From positions 32,001-96,000 of IMG/VR virus record IMGVR_UViG_3300044620_000592: a DNA stretch of 64,000 nt, one strand, 5' to 3'. This DNA comes from a virus. Shown here in pieces: positions 49,097 to 57,254 of this stretch. The translations under genes and the position numbers were made by a program. Below the pieces are notes generated by a model. The model ran no database searches. It was given only the letters and a program-made list of their open reading frames with translations, and was not told the DNA's origin. Every line of letters begins with the position of its first letter. Within the stretch, counting starts at the first letter, position 1.

Positions 49097-49489
49097 ATGT
49101 TAAATATTATTAAGAAACTAAACAAACTCATTTCCAAGAGTAAAAAAATTGAAGTTGAGACTCCTTCTGTGTTCTCTAATGAGAAATACGAAGAGATTCA
49201 AGCATTTGTATATAGAGACCTCGATCTAATCAAGAAGAAAGCTGCATACGCAGCATATATTCAGAATCTCCCCGAACCTTTATCTGCTGAAGCCCAAGAA
49301 AAGATTAGACTCCGCAAGATTGAGCTCTCTCAAACAGTCGATAAGATGATTAGAGCCCATAAACCCGCACTTGACAAGCTTGCGAAGTCTGAGACACCCA
49401 AGAGAATCGAAATCAATCTTCCTGAGTATGTTTTGGAAATCGACCAATCCCCGATTCCCCGACATCCCCGAACCCCCAAATCATTGTGA
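49097..49489 (+). CDS. Hypothetical protein
   Basis: 130 aa with upstream AAGAAAG. Confidence 0.5.
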   Translation: MLNIIKKLNKLISKSKKIEVETPSVFSNEKYEEIQAFVYRDLDLIKKKAAYAAYIQNLPEPLSAEAQEKIRLRKIELSQTVDKMIRAHKPALDKLAKSETPKRIEINLPEYVLEIDQSPIPRHPRTPKSL

Positions 49490-49789
49490 GACGAATATTC
49501 TTCAAAAATTTAATAAAAATTTTTGATGGCAAACTCCCAATCCGATATTATCGAAAATTTTAGTATATATCGATGCAATGCTATGCATGCTTTCAGCTGC
49601 GAACATCCGGGGACTGTTCGCAGGGTCAATGGTTAGGGGATACCCCTAGGGGTATAGGGGATCATTTTTTATGCACTCCCGTGCATAATCATTCACCGAA
49701 ACCCTTTATTTACAAGGGTGCGCCACCCCTAATGCATGCCCTAATGAATGACTTGCGAAGGGGGGGCGGGGGCGTGTAACCTTTCAGGT

Positions 49790-50284
49790 ATGGCAACTAA
49801 GTCAGTCCCAACCAAGAGCAAGGCGCGCGTCGTGCGCTCTGCCACCCCTACCGTTACCAAGAGCGCCGTACTAGCGCATTTGGCAACCGCCCGCACAGCG
49901 AACAAGGCGAAAGGCGTGAAAGCCTTTTACACGGGAGCGCAAGCCGATTCCCTCGCCTCTGCCGTTGCCCGTGCCCACAAGTTCCCCACACTCACCGAGG
50001 CGGGTCTTGTGGTCAAGGGTGCAAGCGTTCCCAAGACCGCCCAAGACGGGGCAGACCGCCGAGCCTTTGCCCGTGCGAACCGTGCCACCCTTGTCAATGT
50101 CTCCGACATTCTTGGCGAGAGCAAGAACGGGGAAATTACCCATGACCGCCCTGAGAACACCGTGCGTGTTCGCTTGGCAAGTATCGCCAAGGCTCTTGGC
50201 TTGCCAGCGGACACCTACTACGCCGTAAGGGCGGAGGCATACGCCGAGGGCGAGACCCCAAAGGTCTACATCCTCCGCAAATAG
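49790..50284 (+). CDS. Basic Ala/Lys/Arg-rich early protein, DRPEN family (cassette)
   Basis: Start re-called at MATKSVP after TTGCGA-18-TAACCT-7; GC-rich; terminator at 50303-50334. Confidence 0.7.
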   Translation: MATKSVPTKSKARVVRSATPTVTKSAVLAHLATARTANKAKGVKAFYTGAQADSLASAVARAHKFPTLTEAGLVVKGASVPKTAQDGADRRAFARANRATLVNVSDILGESKNGEITHDRPENTVRVRLASIAKALGLPADTYYAVRAEAYAEGETPKVYILRK

Positions 50285-50369
50285 CGGAGGGTGAACCCTC
50301 ACGGGGGCGAGAGTCGCAAGGCTCTCGCCCCTTTCCCCTTTTATGGGGAGTGCTGCAAAACTCCAGGAC

Positions 50370-50383
50370 CGAACGTCTGTTCG
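50370..50383. promoter_or_regulatory. LexA (SOS/Cheo) box, Gram-positive/actinobacterial type
   Basis: CGAAC-GTCT-GTTCG matches CGAAC-N4-GTTCG. Confidence 0.55.
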
Positions 50384-50601
50384 CCCGGCGCGCGGGAGGA
50401 GCTTCGCACTTTGATCCCGTGTTAGTGTAACTTTAGACAGGGCGTGTAATTTTAGTACAAAAATCTTTATGCCCGTGTAATATTACAGCTGATACCTTTA
50501 TGGAAACTGTGTAACATTACACACTGTGTAACTCTAGGTATCCGTGTAATATTAGCTCCAGGAAGTTTATGAAAAAGATCCGTGTAATCTTAGAAATAGT
50601 G

Positions 50602-50630
50602 TTGTATTCCTCTTAGTAATCCTGTAAGGT
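50602..50630 (+). promoter_or_regulatory. Sigma70-type leaderless promoter (representative of cassette promoters)
   Basis: TTGTAT-17-TAAGGT-6-ATG; similar at 52551 (TTGCAT-17-TATCCT), 53027 (TTGTTC..TAGGAT), 53638 (TTGACG-17-TACAGT). Confidence 0.65.
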
Positions 50631-50636
50631 AACACT

Positions 50637-50852
50637 ATGAATAATTTCACGATAAGCATTAAAGAGACCGCCAAGACGATGGAGTTCACCATCACATTCG
50701 AGGAGCCTTATCGCACAGACGATAAGTTTGCCGCGAATGGTGCGCGTGTTCGTATTTGGGACTTCATTCAGAGGAACCGTATCCAGTACAGCCGACACAC
50801 TAAGACCAAGCGTGTTGATGACTACTCATTCACAATGGGTATTTGGAAGTAG
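50637..50852 (+). CDS. Small hypothetical protein (cassette)
   Basis: 71 aa; own promoter; terminator 50865-50895. Confidence 0.65.
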   Translation: MNNFTISIKETAKTMEFTITFEEPYRTDDKFAANGARVRIWDFIQRNRIQYSRHTKTKRVDDYSFTMGIWK

Positions 50853-51333
50853 GGGGATACACACAGGGAGGGGGCCGCTTGGCCCCCTTCTTTTTGTCTC
50901 CAGCTTCGTGTAACATTACAACCCTGTGTAACATTACAGAACTACCTAGTAGTGCAGGTAGGTGTAACATTACAAAACTCTCAAATTGTAGTATGCGCTA
51001 CAAATCGTGTGTGTAACATTACACAAGGTACCTTTATGGGATTGCTCACGCGGGTGGAGCTCCCCAGTTTCACGTAGGAGACGCACCCGCGAGAGAATAA
51101 GGTAGTTTCTACCATAATTGAGTATGAAATTGTAATCGGGCTTGTAATATTACAAGTCTTTCCGTTATTCAATTCCCTACTACATTCGCTAGGTAAAGTC
51201 AAGTCATTATGGGCATTTTCCCAGCTGGATTTTTTCTAGATTATTTTCCCTAAATGCGTAACTTTACACAGTTTGTCGGGTAGTATTTTCTTGTTGGCAA
51301 TTCCGCCAACTTGTCCCGAAAGGTAGTGCCGAA

Positions 51334-51744
51334 ATGTCTAAGCGTCATCAAGCACAATGGAAGAAGCGCAAGGCTTCTTATCTCAAGCAAATAGCCGAAG
51401 CCAATAAGGTGAACGCTAGTCGGGGAGTAAAGCAATTTTACTTTTCCGATGACCTAATCAACCTCATCGTTGATGCCGATTTTGCGCCAGTTATGCCAGT
51501 TGATATGTTGGGTCGTTCATTCGTTCAGGGTGAGGCTAGGCGTTCATTCTGTATTGAAATTGACGCTATGCCAGTTGAGGTTGAGAACGCTACCCGAAAG
51601 GCTACGACCGACCGACCCGAAAATGCAGTTCGGGCTAATCTGTTGAGTTTCATGAAACTCATCGGAAAGAATGAGTATTACGCCATTCGGGGAGAGTCGT
51701 ACCGTGAGGGTGAGATTCCGCCAGTTTGGGTTGTTCGGGTCTAG
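51334..51744 (+). CDS. Basic early protein, DRPEN family paralog (cassette)
   Basis: DRPENAVRANL..YYAIRGESYREGEIPPVWVVR; SD GAAAGG; terminator 51761-51786. Confidence 0.7.
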   Translation: MSKRHQAQWKKRKASYLKQIAEANKVNASRGVKQFYFSDDLINLIVDADFAPVMPVDMLGRSFVQGEARRSFCIEIDAMPVEVENATRKATTDRPENAVRANLLSFMKLIGKNEYYAIRGESYREGEIPPVWVVRV

Positions 51745-51760
51745 TCCCCGAACACTTACG

Positions 51761-51786
51761 GAAGCCCCCCGAAAGGGGGGCTTTTT
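51761..51786 (+). terminator. Intrinsic terminator
   Basis: aagcccccc-gaaa-ggggggctt then T-run. Confidence 0.8.
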
Positions 51787-51996
51787 CGTTTCCCCAAAAA
51801 AGGCCGGTACCTTGTAAAGTTACACCCAGTGTAATATTACAAAAAGAACCTTTATGTGGAGTGTGTAATTTTACGAGAAATAACTTTATGGAAGGCTAAA
51901 ACTTTTTTCGTGTAATATTTGGGAAATGCTTGCAATTGCTTTTCCAGCTGGTAGTATTTCTAATACAAGGCAATAGCCCATAGAGAAAGATAAGAA

Positions 51997-52287
51997 ATGA
52001 AAGTTCAAGAATTACAGACACCAAATCTTGTAGAGTTGGTAATGCCATATGAGATGTATAGATTTCTTCTTTACTGCATGGCTACCTATGAAAATCCAAA
52101 AGACACCGACATGAAGCAGGTCTACAAGAATTGCTGGGAGTTTGCAGAGTCTCTCGGTGCAGAGTCACCCCATCACTTCATTTCAGAGAATGATGGTTTC
52201 ATGAAACTTTACCACCACCAGCTGGTAGTGCTTAGAGGACAGGCAGAAGCACAAGCCGAAAAGGTTGCAAAGGTAATCAAAAAGTAG
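51997..52287 (+). CDS. Hypothetical protein (cassette)
   Basis: 96 aa; promoter TTGCAA-16-TAGTAT; hairpin ggtagagag-gaaa-ctctctacc downstream. Confidence 0.65.
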   Translation: MKVQELQTPNLVELVMPYEMYRFLLYCMATYENPKDTDMKQVYKNCWEFAESLGAESPHHFISENDGFMKLYHHQLVVLRGQAEAQAEKVAKVIKK

Positions 52288-52586
52288 TAGGGAAGGTAGA
52301 GAGGAAACTCTCTACCGGCCTGCAATTGTGTAATATTACAAACCTGTGTAATATTACATGCCGTTGCTTTATGGCGGGCAGGTGTAATGCCTTGTTTTAT
52401 CAAACATTACACCTGCTGTAACATTACACGAAGCTGGATGAAATAGAGTGTGTAATTTAAGACTGTGTAACTTTATGGGATCGTGTAACATTAGCCAATT
52501 GCATTATGGAACTAATCCAAAAAATATTTCCTGGAATATTAGAAATTGACTTGCATAGCTTGTGTAATATTTGTATCCTTACAGGT

Positions 52587-52832
52587 ATGAGTTACACACA
52601 ACTTTCACGCCCATACCGCCTAGAGTTCAAGCCCCGTATGCAGACAATTTTTGCTCGCATGATTGTCTGTAACAATTGCCGACCTGCTGGCGAGAAATTG
52701 CTGGCTGGTCATATGTTCTTCGGCGCTCTCAGCGTCAAGCACCTTGACCGCTTCGCAGATGTCAAGTGCGACTTCTGCGAGAACGAAATCTGCAAGGAGC
52801 CTGCTCCCTGCAAGTGCCACCGCTGCAAATAG
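52587..52832 (+). CDS. Cys-rich Zn-finger-like small protein (cassette)
   Basis: Leaderless start MSYTQLSRP; CNNC, CDFC, CKEPAPCKCHRC. Confidence 0.65.
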   Translation: MSYTQLSRPYRLEFKPRMQTIFARMIVCNNCRPAGEKLLAGHMFFGALSVKHLDRFADVKCDFCENEICKEPAPCKCHRCK

Positions 52833-53061
52833 CGGGGCTAAAGTTACAGGGAGTGCCCTCCCTCCCTGTAACACTTCCAGGGCCATGTAATGTTACACAC
52901 CAGTTGTAATATTACGCGAAGCTGGATAGATTTGAGTGTGTAAGTTTACACACCGGGTAAGGTCTGATCGTGTAACATTAGCCCCCGGGCTTTATGGAAA
53001 TTTTTTCTGTAACATTAGAAATAGAGTTGTTCTTTGTGTTTGGTTCTGTTAGGATTTCCTC

Positions 53062-53403
53062 ATGACCTACTCACCTAAGCCCTATCAGACCACTTCTGCG
53101 CTTCAAGCCGACCACAAGTATTTCCGTACTTTGGTCATGCTTGGAGACATTACTATCTCATCAGAAGGCATCATAGATATGACCGTCAATGATGCACCTA
53201 CTAGCATCTACTCTTTCCTTCATAATGAGGTAGAAGAAAAGTTGTTCAATGTCTATGACACTTACTGCCTTGGCGGTTATGAAGATGAGACACTCGCAAT
53301 GATTCAGCGCAAAGAATTAAAGATGTCAATGGTTGAGTTTTACACTCGCCAAATCCGTTACGCAATGGATGAGATTTATGACGAACTAGTGAAGAGGGGG
53401 TAG
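53062..53403 (+). CDS. Hypothetical protein (cassette)
   Basis: 113 aa; leaderless TAGGAT-6-ATG. Confidence 0.65.
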   Translation: MTYSPKPYQTTSALQADHKYFRTLVMLGDITISSEGIIDMTVNDAPTSIYSFLHNEVEEKLFNVYDTYCLGGYEDETLAMIQRKELKMSMVEFYTRQIRYAMDEIYDELVKRG

Positions 53404-53673
53404 AATTACACGGAGAGTCCCCTAGTATTACACTAGGGGATTTCTCCCCCGGCTTTGTGTAACATTACATACCTAATCTTACAGGCGGGCGTAAGTCGCT
53501 TCACCACAGCTATTACGCCCGCAGTAATATTACACGGAGCTGGATGGATTTGAGTGTGTAAGTTAAGATCGTGTAACTTTATGTAGTTGTATTATGCAAT
53601 CTATTAAAAAATATCTTTGTGTAATATTTGGAAATGCTTGACGGAGCTAATGTTACACATTACAGTGGTACAC

Positions 53674-53889
53674 ATGAAGTCAGCGATAGCAACCGAAAAG
53701 TTACACAAAATCTGCACCGACAGCACCAACTGCCAGTGCCCTATTATTACAGAGGACAAGGCTTGTTCTATTGTTACACTCATTAACGAGTTTGTAACTG
53801 AAACAAATCCCGTAGCAATTACCTTTGACAAGGCAGAAGATTACGACAAGTTCCTCGCTTATATTACACTAGCAAGTTTGAGGGGGTGA
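53674..53889 (+). CDS. Small Cys-containing protein (cassette)
   Basis: Leaderless start MKSAIATEK. Confidence 0.6.
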   Translation: MKSAIATEKLHKICTDSTNCQCPIITEDKACSIVTLINEFVTETNPVAITFDKAEDYDKFLAYITLASLRG

Positions 53890-53897
53890 AAAATTAC

Positions 53898-54041
53898 ATG
53901 AGTACAGATGAAATCGTTTTGTTCTTTTCCGTCTTTGGATTCCTTTGCGGATATGGCACTTGCGCCTTTGGAAATGCATTGGCTAAAGCTACACCGGTCA
54001 AAAATTACAGACCTTACGACTGGGCGATAGACGGGGAGTAA
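53898..54041 (+). CDS. Small membrane peptide (47 aa, not in ORF track)
   Basis: MSTDEIVLFFSVFGFLCGYG..PYDWAIDGE*. Confidence 0.55.
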   Translation: MSTDEIVLFFSVFGFLCGYGTCAFGNALAKATPVKNYRPYDWAIDGE

Positions 54042-54247
54042 AATTACAGATCTCCCAAAAGTTACACGGTTCCTAATGTTACAGGGGCCGTGTTTCTTTT
54101 TGTCCCGGAACTGTAATATTACGCACCTTGTAATATTACATAGATGTCCGGAAAATGCAGTAGATAATTGTTTGCTGTAATATTAGGAAATGGTTGTTTT
54201 GGCCTTGGCTATTTGGTAGTGTTTCATTTATGAAAGGAGGTAGTCAT

Positions 54248-54373
54248 ATGAAGCTTGCAGTGCTTTACCCGAACGGGTACAAGTCTCCAATTTCGGAGGA
54301 GCAGGTCGCGAAGCACGGGCTGCGAGTAGGAATGCTCACACCGTTCACGCGCTTGCCAATCGTGGAACTCTAG
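54248..54373 (+). CDS. Small protein (41 aa, not in ORF track; cassette)
   Basis: Strong SD AAAGGAGG; MKLAVLYPNGYKSP..LPIVEL*; promoter TTGTTT-17-TAGTGT; hairpin after. Confidence 0.65.
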   Translation: MKLAVLYPNGYKSPISEEQVAKHGLRVGMLTPFTRLPIVEL

Positions 54374-54744
54374 AGTTACACGGTGAGAACGGGGAGGGTC
54401 GAATGACCCTCCCCTATTCTTACAGAGCACTGTGTAACATTACAAGGGCGGGCGTAAGGTTCACACTCTTGTAACCTTACGCCCGCGTGTAAGATTACAC
54501 CATGCGAGTAGATTTTAGTATGTGATTGTAATATTACATAGCCTGGCTTTATGGCGTGTAATTTTAGAACTGATCGTGTAACTTTAGGTAAGCTATGTAA
54601 CATTAGATAAAACTCTGTAACTTTACCTGTAACAATAGGAAATAGCCTATCTGTTCACTTACTGTTCACCTAGATTCCACCTTCTGTTTACCTTGGGCTG
54701 TTATCTTGGTAAATGTCAAGGGGAAGCACCTCCGAGACACCAAA

Positions 54745-54760
54745 TGTTTCACGTGAAACA
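54745..54760. promoter_or_regulatory. parS-like site (perfect consensus palindrome)
   Basis: TGTTTCACGTGAAACA, extended palindrome 54743-54762. Confidence 0.75.
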
Positions 54761-54785
54761 TTGGTCAAGCCGAAAGGTAGTCATA

Positions 54786-55082
54786 ATGGAATTCGAGTTT
54801 ATCGATGAGAACGAAATCGAGGCAGTACGCCGAGGTCGTAAGTCAAATGTCTCAGCCGAACTGGTTGAAGCATTCCGCACAATGCCCAAGGGCAAGGCAG
54901 TCAAGGTCAAGGGTCTCAGCGTAGACCCGAAGTCGGAAGACTTCAAGAATGACAAGGCTACCGCCTCCGCTACCATCCGTACCGCAGGTCGCTTGGCAGG
55001 CGTGAAGGTCTCCATCTCATGGAGCCCCGAAGGTATCCCTCAGGTGACCACCAAGGTCGCCAAGGCTGCAAAAGTCAAGTAG
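54786..55082 (+). CDS. Small basic protein, FEFI-RGRK family paralog 1
   Basis: Start re-called at MEFEFIDENEIEAVRRGRKS after SD GAAAGG. Confidence 0.75.
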   Translation: MEFEFIDENEIEAVRRGRKSNVSAELVEAFRTMPKGKAVKVKGLSVDPKSEDFKNDKATASATIRTAGRLAGVKVSISWSPEGIPQVTTKVAKAAKVK

Positions 55083-55121
55083 CCCAAGTTCGCTTGGAGG
55101 GGTCGGGACACCCCTCCAAGC

Positions 55122-55215
55122 ACAGGGGCTGAAGTAGGTGCATGGTGCATGGGGAGACCCCATGACAGCGGTTAGGATGTTTCCGCCATGAAACACACTT
55201 ACCTCAGTCCCCTGT
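55122..55215 (+). ncRNA. Candidate structured RNA element
   Basis: Outer helix acaggggctgaagtaggtg / cacttacctcagtcccctgt enclosing two inner hairpins. Confidence 0.35.
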
Positions 55216-55696
55216 CCCCCCAGGATCTGTGTAATATTACAGACTGTGTAATATTACGAGCGGGTGTAATTTTACTTACCTGTGAAAATTACACCCGTGC
55301 AAATTGTGTAATATTACAGGGTATTTTTAGTGTGCGTTTGTAATATTACAGTACCCCTGGAGCTACGCTCGATCGTGTAACTTTAGAAGCTGTGTAACAT
55401 TAGCCGTGTAACTTTATGCGCGTGTAATACTAGACCGATCGTGTAACATTAGAAGCTTGCACACTACAACCAACTTTTTTAATTATTTGGGTTGTTGGTG
55501 AGGAAATGCGAAATATGGCGATATCGTTCTACTTGTCAGATTGACACTCGGTTAGGTTCGGGGTTAGGCGGGGCGCAAGCCCCTAGCAATTTCCCCCCCT
55601 AATGGTTCTGATAGACATGAGTGATGGATAGTAAGTAACACTATCGTTCCGAAAGTTACACTCGTACAATTTATTACACGAAAGGCAGTAACCATT

Positions 55697-55993
55697 ATGG
55701 ACTTTGAGTTCATTGACGAAAACGAGATTGAGAGCGTTAAGCGTGGTCGCAAGTCCAACGCTAGCCCCGAACTCGTAAAGGCACTATCAGAGGTTCCAGC
55801 AGGCAAGGTTGTAAAAATTACAGCAATGTCAGTTGACCCAGCCTCTGAGGACTTTAAGAACGACAAGGCAACAATGTCGGCAAGCATTCGCACGGCTGGC
55901 AAGTTGGCAGGCGTAAAGGTTTCCATTTCATGGAGTCCAGCAGGCGTTCCACAAGTCAAAGTGTCTAAGCCTAAGGCTAAGGCTGGCAAGTAA
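55697..55993 (+). CDS. Small basic protein, FEFI-RGRK family paralog 2
   Basis: MDFEFIDENEIESVKRGRKS..DFKNDKAT..IRTAGKLAGVKVSISWSP. Confidence 0.8.
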   Translation: MDFEFIDENEIESVKRGRKSNASPELVKALSEVPAGKVVKITAMSVDPASEDFKNDKATMSASIRTAGKLAGVKVSISWSPAGVPQVKVSKPKAKAGK

Positions 55994-56020
55994 TCGCTGG
56001 GTCTAATTGACCTACCGATA

Positions 56021-56059
56021 GGAACAACCCCCGTGAGTGTTCTTCACGGGGGTTGTTCT
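56021..56059 (+). terminator. Terminator hairpin
   Basis: gaacaacccccgtga / tcacgggggttgttc. Confidence 0.65.
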
Positions 56060-56465
56060 GCGTACCCATGAAAGTCCGGCCGGAGGAAGATCTATTATTA
56101 CACGACACCTAATATTACAGAGGTTCTATTATTACACCGGATCTAAAATTACAGAGCTCCAGGAATCCAGCTTGTGTAATATTACAGCCAGCACCTTTAT
56201 GTAATATTACATAGCTCGATGGGTGTAAGTTGATATCCCCCGTCAACTTACACCCATGTAATATTACAGAGAATTCTATTAGATTATAATATATATTATG
56301 AATTAGATTAAGCTTTATCTAATCTATAACTTTATGTAACCTTTATGTGTAACATTACACGCATCTTTATGTGGTGTAATGTTACAACCTGGTACAATAA
56401 AAAAACGGATCAGTTTCCTGACCCGTTTCTTTAACTTTTGGAATGAGTATTGTTTTATTTAATTC

Positions 56466-56819
56466 TTAAGCGATTTTCTTAAGAAATGGGACATTATTTA
56501 CATCCCAAATAATGCCAACTTTTGCCCAACCTGAAGCTTTTGCCTGAGAGCGAAGAATTGCTGAATTCTTTGCTTTGGCATTTTTCTTCTCTTCAAGTGT
56601 AACAATTTCGTTATCCAATGCGAACATTGGAACACGAACAGTTTGCCCAACTTTTGCTTTACTCAAAAAAGCAACCAATTCAGGAACAACATGAGCCTTA
56701 CGCCCACGCTTTACTGATTCAATTTCTTCTTCATTAATGAACTCAAATTGCATGTTCATTTCCTTCTCATTTTCTTCTGGATTTTCTTCAGGATTTCCTG
56801 AAGTATTTTTTGAAGCCAT
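56466..56819 (-). CDS. Small basic protein, FEFI-RGRK family paralog 3 (inverted cassette)
   Basis: MQFEFINEEEIESVKRGRKAHVVPEL; own promoter TTGTTG-17-TAAGGT on minus strand. Confidence 0.75.
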   Translation of the reverse strand: MASKNTSGNPEENPEENEKEMNMQFEFINEEEIESVKRGRKAHVVPELVAFLSKAKVGQTVRVPMFALDNEIVTLEEKKNAKAKNSAILRSQAKASGWAKVGIIWDVNNVPFLKKIA

Positions 56820-57254
56820 TTTCTTACTCTTTCTTTTATTTAATTAACTCATTCCTTGAGTCAATGTCCACCTTACCGCCTAAACGTAGCAACAACAACC
56901 TATCCAAAAAATTAACAATTAAAAACTTAATTACCGAGCTTATTCTTCATCCATTTTCCGATCTGTTGTTTTAGCAGCTAGCGGGGGTTGTGTAATATTA
57001 CGTTAGTGTAATATTACAAAATACTCAAATTATAGTGTGTAATATTACGTTGATCACCTTTATGGAGATCTAAAAGATTATCTAATTTATTATCTAATCT
57101 TTTATTGCCTGGTACCTTTATGGGAGCTCATTTAATTCCCCTAAAGAAACATTATTCCTAAGGTTGGTAATCTAATTATCAGACGGTAGGATATTTATAG
57201 GCTGACATTTAGCCGAAAAACCAAATCTATTTCCTAACGTGAAAGATAATCCAA

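Noticed and set aside
49599-49621. LexA box at GCGAACA..TGTTCGC
   Set aside because: Spacing between GAAC and GTTC is 11 bp, not 4.
51067-51083. Second parS-like site GTTTCACGTAGGAGAC
   Set aside because: Only the left half matches; the right arm is broken.
54693-54785. N-terminal extension MGCYLGK..MFHVKH of ORF 54693..55082
   Set aside because: MFHVKH is just the translation of the parS palindrome; paralogs start at M(D/E)FEFI and an SD precedes 54786.
55122-55215. Hammerhead ribozyme call (CTGA.. and GAAAC present)
   Set aside because: The core would need CUGANGA unpaired; here CTGAAGT lies within the outer stem. Kept only as a generic structured-RNA candidate.
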